This document shows positions 9,441-19,286 of a DNA stretch of 64,000 nt, one piece after another (positions within the stretch are counted from its first letter, which is position 1; every line of letters begins with the position of its first letter). The notes under the pieces were generated by a model that saw nothing but the letters and a program-made list of their open reading frames with translations, was not told where the DNA came from and did no database searches. The translations under genes and the position numbers were made by a program. Origin of the DNA: an uncultured Candidatus Saccharibacteria bacterium (lineage in GTDB: Bacteria > Patescibacteriota > Dojkabacteria > SC72 > JAFGCJ01); assembly GCA_964481345.1 (NCBI GenBank), contig CAYZTC010000001.1, positions 71,766 through 135,765 of the forward strand, written 5' to 3'.

Positions 9441-9661
9441 CCATGAAGTCCACGTACTTCATGGTCCATATCATAATAGTTCTTAATTTCACTACTATTC
9501 ATATTGCTTGCCTAATGACTTAGTAATTTAGAATTACTCAACCGTGCACTCAACGCAGTGCATGGGCATATTATAGTAAGATCTTATTTCACAACCTTTC
9601 ATATTGTCTAATTCCTTATATAAACAGGGTATTCTAACCATGAACCCCATGTGGTTCATGG
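9441..9661. repeat. three related RNA hairpins (9-bp stem CCRTGNNNN plus a 6-nt loop) in the 3' flank of RNase J
   Basis: Hairpins at 9441-9464 (CCATGAAGT-ccacgt-ACTTCATGG), 9542-9565 (CCGTGCACT-caacgc-AGTGCATGG) and 9638-9661 (CCATGAACC-ccatgt-GGTTCATGG). Mismatches are G-U compatible, which argues for RNA-level function. Confidence 0.6.
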
Positions 9662-9662
9662 A

Positions 9663-11333
9663 TTATACTATACTAACAACGACTACAGGTTCCTTTCCAA
9701 TCTCTCTTCTTACAATGTTCGAAACAAGTTTAGTGAGCTTACCCTGAAGCTTAGGTATCTCTGGCCCAGATAATCTATGCGCCTTACCTCTATATGATTC
9801 ATATTTTTCAGAGAGGTAACTTTCAACCTTATCCCTCAATCTTCTATTATCAAAACCCATACACACTACCCTAGGCTTTCCTACCAAATGATTGGTATTT
9901 CCAACCTTTATTGATACAAAGAGTGCACCATACTGAGCAAGCCTTGCCCTTTCTTTAATCATTTCCTGATTCAACTCTCCAACCTTCCCTCCATCAACAT
10001 ATATCTCTTTTGTCTTATACTCATTTTCCTTGTACCATTTTTTAGACTTCGAAGAATAAGTAAACTGCTGTCCAGTAGATGCCATTATTATTCTAGATTT
10101 ATCCATTCCCCACTTTCCAAGTAAATAATTCATTTCCTCCCTGAAAGAAGGGTAGCCATGCACCGGAACTACATTTTTGGGTCGGACCAATTCATACATC
10201 TTCTTCATATCCTCCTGATATCCATGACCACTCGTATGCACATCCATGAAGGCTTTATGAAATAATCTTGCTCCAAGCCTTAATAAGTCATCTATGAGAT
10301 GCTGAACAGCAACATCATTACCCGGTATGACTGAGGAAGACAAAATAATCGTATCGCCCTTTTTCACTTTAATAGTCCTATGCTCTTTTCTTGAAATTCG
10401 GTCAAGTGCTGAATGTTCTTCACCTTGTGTTCCAGTAGCAAGTACCAACAGCTTGTTATCTTGATGTTTATTTATCGTTCTTTCATCAATAAAAAGGCTA
10501 TCTGGAACATCTATATAGTTTATTTTGCGAAGTATTGAAAGCATCGACTTCATACTTCTACCGCTCACCACTATCTTCTTCCCAAGCTTTTGGGCTATCT
10601 TTATCAAGGAGTAAAGGCGAGTACCCAGTGAAGAAAAAGTAGCAACAATTACCCTTCCTCTTGAACGCTTGATTATCTTCTCCAAATTTTTTGAAATTTC
10701 TGTCTCAGATAGTGCCTTTCCTTCCTCAAACACATTGGTGCTATCCATACACAAAAGATCAACTCCTTCATTGCCTATCCTTTTTAGTTCAGCATAATCC
10801 GTTACTGGCTCATTAACTGGCTGATCATCAAACTTATAGTCGCCAGTGTACATCACATTTCCACCCGGAGTTTTTACTAAAACCGAACAAGATTGTGGAA
10901 TAGCGTGTGTAACCGGTATCCACCTTACGGTCATTGACTTGATTTTAACGTCTTGCTTCGGCTCTATAACCTTTAAATCCACCTTTTTATGTAGATCGTA
11001 CTCTCTGAGCTTTTCCTTCAAAAACATTATTGTAAACTGCCTACCATAAATTGTAGGGAAGCCTAGTTCTTCTATTACATAAGGGATAGCCCCAATATGA
11101 TCTAAGTGTGCATGAGTCAGTACAATCCCTGCAATTTGATTTTTTCTCTTTCTTAAATAGTCAACATCTGGGATAAAGTAATCAATCCCATATCCTGCAT
11201 CATCTGGAAAACTAATTCCCAAATCAACTACCAAAATATCAGGTCCATACTCAACTACATAGCAATTTCTATTTATATGATCTACACCACCTAACGGCAT
11301 GAAGGATAACTTCTTTATATTCTTATTCTTCAT
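9663..11333 (-). CDS. rnj: ribonuclease J (beta-CASP metallo-beta-lactamase RNase)
   Basis: HxHxDH motif LTHAHLDHIGAIPY. 556 aa with a beta-CASP and C-terminal domain. Confidence 0.85.
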   Translation of the reverse strand: MKNKNIKKLSFMPLGGVDHINRNCYVVEYGPDILVVDLGISFPDDAGYGIDYFIPDVDYLRKRKNQIAGIVLTHAHLDHIGAIPYVIEELGFPTIYGRQFTIMFLKEKLREYDLHKKVDLKVIEPKQDVKIKSMTVRWIPVTHAIPQSCSVLVKTPGGNVMYTGDYKFDDQPVNEPVTDYAELKRIGNEGVDLLCMDSTNVFEEGKALSETEISKNLEKIIKRSRGRVIVATFSSLGTRLYSLIKIAQKLGKKIVVSGRSMKSMLSILRKINYIDVPDSLFIDERTINKHQDNKLLVLATGTQGEEHSALDRISRKEHRTIKVKKGDTIILSSSVIPGNDVAVQHLIDDLLRLGARLFHKAFMDVHTSGHGYQEDMKKMYELVRPKNVVPVHGYPSFREEMNYLLGKWGMDKSRIIMASTGQQFTYSSKSKKWYKENEYKTKEIYVDGGKVGELNQEMIKERARLAQYGALFVSIKVGNTNHLVGKPRVVCMGFDNRRLRDKVESYLSEKYESYRGKAHRLSGPEIPKLQGKLTKLVSNIVRREIGKEPVVVVSIV

Positions 11334-11362
11334 TAATCCAAATAACTAATATTAACCATACA

Positions 11363-11433
11363 CTGTGAAGTCAACGTACTTCACGGCCACCAAGTGGCAT
11401 AAACGATAACTTCTTAACATTCTTATTCTTCAT
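11363..11433 (-). promoter_or_regulatory. candidate leader of the RNase J mRNA: 20-codon uORF duplicating the RNase J N-terminus, ending in a fourth copy of the hairpin
   Basis: uORF at 11371-11433 (-) reads MKNKNVKKLSFMPLGGREVR*, against RNase J MKNKNIKKLSFMPLGG. About 40 nt of the gene start are duplicated. Hairpin CTGTGAAGT-caacgt-ACTTCACGG (11363-11386) overlaps the uORF stop. Confidence 0.35.
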
Positions 11434-11468
11434 GTTTATTAATAATTCTAATTAAACAATATTACTTA

Positions 11469-12143
11469 TCATTTCGGCAAAGCGCCAGCGTCGCCGAACA
11501 TCCCTACCTGATCATCGGTTTTTTCATCTTTCTTCAGCTGACCTTTCTCTTTAATAATATTCGAAACGACATCCTCAAGTGACATAGGCTCAATCTCACC
11601 GTCTAAAAATCTTCTAAGATTTTTGAAGTCCTCCAATAGTACTTCCCTCATCGAGCCCTTGTATAGCACAACCGCAGGATGGTACATAATAAAATATACC
11701 TTTCCATTCCTTCCATAAAGTTTTCCATGTTCTTTGGAAATTACAGCGCTAGGTAAAAACTTAGCTAAAGCATATCTACCTAGCGGGACAAACACTTTTG
11801 GGTCAATAATTTCAATCTGTTTATCAAGCCAGTCACGACAGGTTGCCATCTCATCTTCCCTAGGATCCCTATTCTCAGGCGGTCTGCATTTTATCATGTT
11901 GGCAATAAATACATCCTCTCTTTTTAATTCGATACTCTTTAACAGCTCATCCAAAAATTTACCGGCAGGTCCCACAAATGGACGACCAAGCCTATCCTCC
12001 ACTTTTCCCGGACCCTCACCAATAAACATTATCTCTGCTTTATCAGAACCTTCCCCAGGAACAACCTGAGTTGCACCAGCACGAAGCCTACACTTTTGAC
12101 AATCTTTACAAAGTGCATGCAATTCATCAATATTCATGACCAT
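11469..12143 (-). CDS. uracil-DNA glycosylase, family 4 (Fe-S type)
   Basis: CKDCQKCRL cysteine cluster followed by the GEGPG motif and a conserved FVGPAGKFL. Confidence 0.8.
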   Translation of the reverse strand: MVMNIDELHALCKDCQKCRLRAGATQVVPGEGSDKAEIMFIGEGPGKVEDRLGRPFVGPAGKFLDELLKSIELKREDVFIANMIKCRPPENRDPREDEMATCRDWLDKQIEIIDPKVFVPLGRYALAKFLPSAVISKEHGKLYGRNGKVYFIMYHPAVVLYKGSMREVLLEDFKNLRRFLDGEIEPMSLEDVVSNIIKEKGQLKKDEKTDDQVGMFGDAGALPK

Positions 12144-12238
12144 ATTCTAATGTAAATAATGAGTATTTCGTAATTCGTAGTTAGAAATTTTGCCAATACT
12201 ATTTCTATCCCTAATTACCAACTACGAACTACTAATTA

Positions 12239-13402
12239 CTAGCTTAACGTCCCAGTACCTTCAGGAAGGTAATCCTTTACGTTTTCCATTGTTATTACTA
12301 CCTTAGTTGTCTTTCCTCCTACGATCTCTCTTGCAACACTCCTACAAAGAGAAGTAATATTCCTTTCAAGTTGCCTAATTCCAGCATCGAATCCCAACGG
12401 CCTTACAATCTGGGTCCAAACATTATCCTGAATCTCAATTTGAGCAGGACTTAAACCAGTTACAGTAAGAACCTTAGGAAGCAGATAATCTTTTGCGATT
12501 ACAATCTTCTCTTCGTCTGAATAACTTGTAAACCTTATAACCTCCAAACGATCCAACAAGGCCGCAGAGAGGGTACCAAGATTATTTGCTGTGCACACAA
12601 ACATTACATCTGACAGATCCACTGGATAATCAATATAATGGTCCACAAAAGTTGAATTTTGTTCTGGATCAAGTACCTCCAACAGCACTGCCATTGCATC
12701 TGCAAGAATTCCTTCTTTTGCACTTATCTTATCTATCTCATCCAAAAGAATAACCGGATTCATTGATTGAGTTCTAACTAAGGCTTTAATTATCTGCCCA
12801 GGTTCTGCATCTGGCATTGCTCTAGACTGTCCCCTTAACTGACTCACATTTCCCAATGCTCCTACTGACACTCGTATGAATTTCCTCCCAAGCGTCTGAG
12901 CAATAGACTTTGCCATTGTCGTTTTTCCTACTCCCTGCAAACCAACAAAACAAATAATCGGTGCGTGAGAGGAAGACCCCTCTATTTCAGAATTGTCATC
13001 AACGACAGTATTTGGTCCCATATCCACCGGGCCTTGCTGAACTCCTTGCCCCCCCTCAATATGCATTTTCATCACTGAAAGATAGTCCAACACAAGACTT
13101 TTCACTGAGTTCATACCATGATGATTTTTATCCATTACCTGCTTTGCTTTTTCAATGTCGATCTGATCTTGAGTCTTTTTACCCCATGGAACCTTTGTAA
13201 TCCAATCGATGTACTTACTAATTATTTCAAAATCAGCAGAGTAGCTACCATACTTTGCCATCCTTCTAAGACGACCTATCATCATCTCAGACTTACTCTT
13301 TAGCTCCTCAGGGATAGAACTTGAAGAAACCTTTTTAGAAAGGCTTTCTATTTCCTCTATAACCTCTCCCATATGCTGTGATTTTGGCAGTTGTTGATCC
13401 AT
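12239..13402 (-). CDS. Lon-like AAA+ ATPase module without an S16 protease domain and without the Lon N-domain
   Basis: Lon-specific pre-AAA segment YIDWITKVPWGKKTQDQIDIEKAKQVMDKNHHGM...SLVLDYLSV. Walker A GLQGVGKTT and Walker B ILLDEIDKI. The protein ends about 90 aa after the AAA+ core. No protease ORF is adjacent. Confidence 0.7.
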   Translation of the reverse strand: MDQQLPKSQHMGEVIEEIESLSKKVSSSSIPEELKSKSEMMIGRLRRMAKYGSYSADFEIISKYIDWITKVPWGKKTQDQIDIEKAKQVMDKNHHGMNSVKSLVLDYLSVMKMHIEGGQGVQQGPVDMGPNTVVDDNSEIEGSSSHAPIICFVGLQGVGKTTMAKSIAQTLGRKFIRVSVGALGNVSQLRGQSRAMPDAEPGQIIKALVRTQSMNPVILLDEIDKISAKEGILADAMAVLLEVLDPEQNSTFVDHYIDYPVDLSDVMFVCTANNLGTLSAALLDRLEVIRFTSYSDEEKIVIAKDYLLPKVLTVTGLSPAQIEIQDNVWTQIVRPLGFDAGIRQLERNITSLCRSVAREIVGGKTTKVVITMENVKDYLPEGTGTLS

Positions 13403-13438
13403 CCTTCTTTATTATTTTGAACTCCCTCTTCGTGAGGA

Positions 13439-15580
13439 CTATTTATCATCCGAAGCCTTTGGCGTAGGATGAGCTTGCTTAATAGACATTTTAACACGGC
13501 CCTGTTCATCTATTCCAATAATCTTTACCTTTACTTCCTGTCCCTCTTTCACATATTGACGAGGATCTTTCACAAATTCATTTGCAAGTTCCGATACATG
13601 TACAAGACCCGAAATAGCAGGGCTTACATCTACAAATGCACCATACTCTGCGATCTTTGCAACGGTTCCTTTATAAACCTTTCCGACTTCTGCTTCCTCA
13701 GTAACACTTTTCACTCTTTCTAGGGCCATGCTTATCTTTTCATCATCCACTGACGAAACTATTACTCTTCCATCGTCCTTTATATCTATTTCTGTATCGG
13801 TATCTTCAATTATCTTTTTAATTACTTTTCCACCTGGACCTATTAAGTCTCCAATCTTACCTATTGGAATTTCTAACACCTCAATCTTTGGAGCATTCTT
13901 AGAAAGCTCCTTCCTCGGCTCTTTAATCACTTTCCCCATCTCATCGAGAAGAAACAACCTCGCTTTTTTAGCCTTTTCAAGTCCCTCCTCAAATACATTA
14001 ACTGGAAGTCCTTTTGCTTTATTGTCCATCTGAATGGCAGTAACTCCCTCTCTTGTACCCGCAACTTTAAAGTCCATATCTCCAAAGAAGTCCTCCCACT
14101 CAGCTATATCTGTCAGAATTACATGCTTGCTCATATCATCGTTTATTACAACTCCCATAGCTATCCCTGCAACAGCTGCCTTCAATGGAACACCTGCATC
14201 CATAAGAGACAGAGTTGATCCACATACAGCTGCCATTGAACTAGAACCCGCCTGGGACATTATTTCACTTACAACTCGAATGGTATATGGAAATTCGTTT
14301 TCATCTGGAAGTACTGGTATTAAAGATTTTTCAGCAAGGTCCCCATGTCCAACCTCTCTTCTTCCAGGATAGTAGTTATATCTTCCTGCCTCCCCCACGG
14401 TATAATCAGGTGCAGAGTAGTGATGCATATATGTTTTTGTATTTTCGCCTCTCATATCATCCGAAAGCTGTGCAAGTCGTCCAGAACCCAAGGTCGTAAC
14501 TGTAAGAGCCTGAGTATCTCCCCTTTGAAACAAGGCAGAACCATGAGTCTTTGGAAGATATCCAAGTTCCATATAAAGGGGCCTAACCTCATCTACCTTT
14601 CTTCCATCTGTTCTTTTCTCATCATCTATTAGCCATTCCCTTACGACCTTTTTTGCAACATAATCAAATGCTTCACTTATCTGACTTTTTGAATACTTAC
14701 CCTCATATTCAACAAACAATTTTTCCTTAAGTTCATTTCTCACACCGACCTTTTCACTCATGTCAGGTATAGCAAGAATCTCTGCAATCTCCTTCTTATG
14801 ATCTTTTTTAATCTCATCAATTAGTGGCTTTGGAGTAGTATATGATTCATACTCTGGCTTCACAATACTTCCAAACTTATCTTCATAGTTTTTAATGAAT
14901 TTCTCCTGAGCCTTAATAAACTCCTTTGACTCTTCAACACCATATTTCATAGACTCAATTAGGGTTTCCTCTGGAAGAATATGTGCATCTGCATCTATCA
15001 TAGTAATCACATCACCATCTGTACCCAAGACAAAGTTTAAATCTGTAACATTACCGTTTTCTTCAAGGCTTAAGTCCTTTGTTATGATCTGAACCTTATC
15101 ATCACTATACCCAACTCTCACACCAGCTACAGGTCCCTCAAAAGGAACATCCGAGATCATTAGTGCTGCAGATACAGCACTAAATCCAATTATCAAAGGA
15201 TCATACTGCGGATCATAGCTCAGTACCGTTAATACAATAGAGATGTTATTTCTGTAATCACTTGGAAACCTACATCTAATAGATCTATCCAGCATTCTTG
15301 CTGCAAGGGTAGCATCTGCAGACGGATGACCCTCTCTTTTCCTGAATCTCGAAGATGAAATTACACCACCTGCATATAATTTTTCAATATATTCAACATG
15401 TAGGGGAAAATAGTCGATACTTTCAGGTTTACCACCTACATCAACAGTTGCTAAAACAACAGTACCGCCCATTCTTCCTTCCACTGCAGCATTCGATCTT
15501 CTAGCAATCTTGTTTGTTGCAAGAGAGCACTCTACATCACCAAAATTAAACTTTTCAATTATTTCTTCAACCTTAGTCAT
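13439..15580 (-). CDS. pnp: polynucleotide phosphorylase
   Basis: 713 aa with two RNase PH domains plus C-terminal KH and S1 (GKVYKGTVAKIAEYGAFV). Confidence 0.9.
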   Translation of the reverse strand: MTKVEEIIEKFNFGDVECSLATNKIARRSNAAVEGRMGGTVVLATVDVGGKPESIDYFPLHVEYIEKLYAGGVISSSRFRKREGHPSADATLAARMLDRSIRCRFPSDYRNNISIVLTVLSYDPQYDPLIIGFSAVSAALMISDVPFEGPVAGVRVGYSDDKVQIITKDLSLEENGNVTDLNFVLGTDGDVITMIDADAHILPEETLIESMKYGVEESKEFIKAQEKFIKNYEDKFGSIVKPEYESYTTPKPLIDEIKKDHKKEIAEILAIPDMSEKVGVRNELKEKLFVEYEGKYSKSQISEAFDYVAKKVVREWLIDDEKRTDGRKVDEVRPLYMELGYLPKTHGSALFQRGDTQALTVTTLGSGRLAQLSDDMRGENTKTYMHHYSAPDYTVGEAGRYNYYPGRREVGHGDLAEKSLIPVLPDENEFPYTIRVVSEIMSQAGSSSMAAVCGSTLSLMDAGVPLKAAVAGIAMGVVINDDMSKHVILTDIAEWEDFFGDMDFKVAGTREGVTAIQMDNKAKGLPVNVFEEGLEKAKKARLFLLDEMGKVIKEPRKELSKNAPKIEVLEIPIGKIGDLIGPGGKVIKKIIEDTDTEIDIKDDGRVIVSSVDDEKISMALERVKSVTEEAEVGKVYKGTVAKIAEYGAFVDVSPAISGLVHVSELANEFVKDPRQYVKEGQEVKVKIIGIDEQGRVKMSIKQAHPTPKASDDK

Positions 15581-15664
15581 ATCAAAATGTAATTATTAAA
15601 TTTAGGCCTGACAAAAGAATAGTCATAAAACTGATCGGATTCTACAGGGAAAACGAAAATTTTG

Positions 15665-15934
15665 CTACTTTCGAATTTTCAGCTCTTTAATAAGCTTCTC
15701 GTGACGTTTTGAATCCTTTTGCTTTAAATACTCCAAAAGTCTTCTTCTTTTTCCAACCATCTTAAGTAATCCCCTTCTTGAATGACTATCTTTCTTATGC
15801 TTCTTAAGATGCTGACTTAATTTTTCTATCTGATCAGTCAATATCGCAATCTGAACCTCTGGAGATCCAGTATCCTTTTTATGGGCAGAATACTTTTCAA
15901 TTATTTTCTGTTTTTCTTCTTTACTTAGTGCCAT
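15665..15934 (-). CDS. rpsO: 30S ribosomal protein S15
   Basis: [15 protein letters not shown]...[13 protein letters not shown]. Start moved to the internal Met because the 12-codon N-terminal extension in the ORF track is not S15-like. Confidence 0.85.
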   Translation of the reverse strand: MALSKEEKQKIIEKYSAHKKDTGSPEVQIAILTDQIEKLSQHLKKHKKDSHSRRGLLKMVGKRRRLLEYLKQKDSKRHEKLIKELKIRK

Positions 15935-15984
15935 TTTACTATTCCAATGTAACACACAAATATTAACCACGCAATACTAAAACG

Positions 15985-17253
15985 CTATTGTGTGGGACTT
16001 AAAGGAGGAGGAGTAACAAGTCCTTGATCCTGCAAAACCGGACTATTATGCACTGACTCGTGCTTGTTTGTCAACATATCTTTACTATCAGGCCTTTCAT
16101 TTGCATTCAATAAACTTACGGATAAGCCCTTTAATCTCGTCATAACAATATTTTCTATTTGTCCTACTTCAAGATTTCTTGAAATCGCCAAGGCCCTATA
16201 GTCATTCCCTGATGGTTTAAATTGAAACAACACATCCATTGCACTTACCTTATCCACATTTGACTCAAGCTCAATCCACACCTCCCCATTACTTACCTCA
16301 TAAAGGACAAAAGCTACATCAAAATCATCAGAAATATTAAAGGGAATATTTCCATCAAGCACAAAATCATGTCTTTTAATTCCTATTTTTGAAAAATCCT
16401 GATAATCAACCTTTGACCATGCAATACCATTTTCCTTATCTAATTTCACATTTTCCAAAACTTTCTGTAGCACTTTTATGAATCTTAAGTCTTTTTTGAA
16501 ATATATCTCTCTAAATGCATCCTTAATATCCGCCCCCATTTTAATAAGGGAGGTCATTACTTCAACAGTAGTGATCTTAAAATCTGACTTATTAAAAATC
16601 TGAAGCTCATCCAAAATCCCCATCAAAAGAAGAGAAATAATTTCATTTACGGATTTTGAGGAAAATTCACCACAAACTAAGTTATACACTATCTCACAAA
16701 CCGGAACTTCAGTACTAGTCAAGTTAATTTTTCCAAACCCCTTCGATACAATATTATTTATACAAATAATATTACCCCCATCAAACAGTTTCTTATTTTT
16801 TAAATATATATCGCCTAAGTGCTCAAGCTTCCTTGCACCAATAATTATCAAAAGGTCATAACTGCCACCCCCTGAATAAGAAACATTTTTGAAATCAAAT
16901 TCCTCACCAATCCCAGATGGCGTAATGTATAAATTGAATTTCCCGTTCTTGTCATCATATCTAACACTATCTACTGCACCGTTAGAATGATCTAAACTAA
17001 TCACATACCTAGTAGGTTTTAGCTCAGTATCATAGCTAACCACAAAATCCTTATATATCTTTTTAGGTCTCGTTTTAAGATACTTGTTTACACACAGATA
17101 AACCTTCTTACCTGAGTCTTTTAAATAAAGATATAACGCCGCACTAGCAAGATGATTATCAAATGTCGATCCGTTATTGACACATAACAGAATCCTATCG
17201 GACCTTTTGATTAAACTATGTGCTTTTTTGTATGTCTCCTTGGACACTGCCAT
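15985..17253 (-). CDS. DHH/DHHA1-family (NrnA-like) protein with degenerate catalytic motifs
   Basis: N-terminus ILLCVNNGSTFDNHLASAALYLYLKDSGKKV aligns to the NrnA motif I/II region, but the DGD and H residues are replaced. DHH is DHS (ISLDHSNG). The DHHA1 GGGH position reads SGND. The gene sits where nrnA lies in infB-rbfA-nrnA operons. Confidence 0.5.
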   Translation of the reverse strand: MAVSKETYKKAHSLIKRSDRILLCVNNGSTFDNHLASAALYLYLKDSGKKVYLCVNKYLKTRPKKIYKDFVVSYDTELKPTRYVISLDHSNGAVDSVRYDDKNGKFNLYITPSGIGEEFDFKNVSYSGGGSYDLLIIIGARKLEHLGDIYLKNKKLFDGGNIICINNIVSKGFGKINLTSTEVPVCEIVYNLVCGEFSSKSVNEIISLLLMGILDELQIFNKSDFKITTVEVMTSLIKMGADIKDAFREIYFKKDLRFIKVLQKVLENVKLDKENGIAWSKVDYQDFSKIGIKRHDFVLDGNIPFNISDDFDVAFVLYEVSNGEVWIELESNVDKVSAMDVLFQFKPSGNDYRALAISRNLEVGQIENIVMTRLKGLSVSLLNANERPDSKDMLTNKHESVHNSPVLQDQGLVTPPPLSPTQ

Positions 17254-17300
17254 AACAACATAAACCTAATATTGAAACCGTGATTATTATATAATGGAGT

Positions 17301-18842
17301 TTAAACTTTTACAATCCTGTAGCATTCAACCTTATCTCCTTCCTCAAAATCACCCTTTTTACTTATTATAATGCCACACTCTATACCTTTTGCTGCTTTG
17401 TCTATCTTATCTTTGCCACACCTCATAGAAATAATTTTTGAGTCAGTAATGACGTCCTCTCCCCTGATTACTCTAAATCTCATGCCATTTTTGATTTCCC
17501 CACTATCTACTCTTGTACCAATAACTTTTTTACCATCTGAAAGTACAAACACCTGTTTCACCGTTCCAGTACCAACAATTTCTTCCTCCTCTTCTGGGGA
17601 CTGAAGAGATATACCTGCCTCCTCAAGTTCCTTTAGTAATTCATAAATCACCTTATATGTTCGAATTATTACCTTTTCTTTTTCCGCCAAATCTCTAGAT
17701 GCCCTATCTACACCTACTGAAAAACCTGCAATTATGGCCTTGGAGTCTTTTGCATACTCAATATCACTAACTGTAATATCACCAACTCCCGATTTAATAA
17801 CATTTATTAACTGTTCTTTTTTATTCATCTTATCAATCGATTTTAATACCGCCTCAAGAGATCCCTGAGAACATGACTTTACTAAGACATTTAATGACTG
17901 GTCCTCACTTTTTTCCTCTGAGTCACCAAGTAGCGCAGATAGTAAATCCTCTTCCGATTTTGGTTCTTCTTTTTCGACTATTGGTTTTTCTGGTACCGGT
18001 TGAAATAGCTTTGAGTAGTCACCCTTAGTGTTTTCTATACAATATATTTTATCACCAGCATTCAAAATCTCTGATAAGCCAAGCAGTTTCCCTCCGTACC
18101 CTGCTTTAATCTCACCCTGAGGGTTACCATTGGAATCAAGAAACCCTTTTATTTTATCTGATTTCCCAATCTCATAGCTTACATAACATCCCTTTTTAAA
18201 TGCCCCCGAAAGAACAATTACCGTCGTAACCATTCCCATGCTTTCATCCTTTGTTGATTCTAATACTACCCCATATCCACTAGTACCTTCTGGACAAGGT
18301 TTTTCATCAAGTCCGTTTACCTCAACGACAAGATTTATCATATTTAGTAGATCATCTATCCCTTTTCCTGTTTTTCCAGACACTTCTAGGCAAGGTACAT
18401 CCCCTCCCATTGATTCAACTGATATCCCCTCCACCGAAAGTTGCCTTTTTATTTTTTCAAGTTTTACTCCCTTGATATCAATTTTATTTAGTACAACGAT
18501 ACAATTCGTTTTGCTTTTTTTAATAATCTCAATCGATTCTTTTGTCTGAGGCTTCACCCCATCAGCAGCAGCCACAACTAAAAGGGCAATATCTGCAACC
18601 TCACCACCCCTCATCCTCATTAAATCAAAAGCCTCATGTCCTGGTGTATCAACAAAGGTAATATCTTTATCATTGTAATTAACTGAGTAAATGGAAATGC
18701 CTTGAGTAATACCACCAACCTCACTCTCTTGCACAGATGTTTTCCTTATCTTATCAAGTATAGTCGTTTTCCCATGATCGACATGTCCTAAAAAGGTAAC
18801 AACCGGTGGTCTATTTACTTTTGGATTTTTATCTTTTTTCAT
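17301..18842 (-). CDS. infB: translation initiation factor IF-2, short form lacking the N-terminal domain
   Basis: G-domain GHVDHGKTT, DTPGHEAF, NKID; 513 aa. Confidence 0.9.
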   Translation of the reverse strand: MKKDKNPKVNRPPVVTFLGHVDHGKTTILDKIRKTSVQESEVGGITQGISIYSVNYNDKDITFVDTPGHEAFDLMRMRGGEVADIALLVVAAADGVKPQTKESIEIIKKSKTNCIVVLNKIDIKGVKLEKIKRQLSVEGISVESMGGDVPCLEVSGKTGKGIDDLLNMINLVVEVNGLDEKPCPEGTSGYGVVLESTKDESMGMVTTVIVLSGAFKKGCYVSYEIGKSDKIKGFLDSNGNPQGEIKAGYGGKLLGLSEILNAGDKIYCIENTKGDYSKLFQPVPEKPIVEKEEPKSEEDLLSALLGDSEEKSEDQSLNVLVKSCSQGSLEAVLKSIDKMNKKEQLINVIKSGVGDITVSDIEYAKDSKAIIAGFSVGVDRASRDLAEKEKVIIRTYKVIYELLKELEEAGISLQSPEEEEEIVGTGTVKQVFVLSDGKKVIGTRVDSGEIKNGMRFRVIRGEDVITDSKIISMRCGKDKIDKAAKGIECGIIISKKGDFEEGDKVECYRIVKV

Positions 18843-18932
18843 TTCTATTTATTAATCATTTCGGCGAACTCTGGACCTCGCTCTGCGAGGGATAGAGGCA
18901 GCCGAATACTTCATGGTCCCCTCTAACTCATA

Positions 18933-19205
18933 CTAGCTGCCTATTAAGCCGATAAACTGTTCTCTCAGTTTTTCAGGAACATCTTTCACACTCCCAATCT
19001 TCTTAAACAATCCCTTTTTCACTGCCAAATCATAGCACTCAACATTTTTGCACAGGTTCATTCCCCTTCCAGGCATATCTCCCTTTTCATCCAAAACCAA
19101 CACTCCATCCTTATTTCTAAAAGTCACAACTTCTTTCTTTTCTACTCTTTTTCTACATCCCACGCAAGTTCTTAGTCCTTTGGTATCGGTTCTAACCTTT
19201 TTCAA
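18933..19205 (-). CDS. ylxR: YlxR/RnpM (DUF448) RNA-binding protein
   Basis: RTCVGCRKR motif. Lies between nusA and infB. Confidence 0.75.
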   Translation of the reverse strand: MKKVRTDTKGLRTCVGCRKRVEKKEVVTFRNKDGVLVLDEKGDMPGRGMNLCKNVECYDLAVKKGLFKKIGSVKDVPEKLREQFIGLIGS

Positions 19206-19286
19206 TGACTTAATAATACTAATTTAATACCACTAATCTCAGCGTAGTCATAAAGTGAGTTTACTCTACTTTATGGCAAAGACAAA

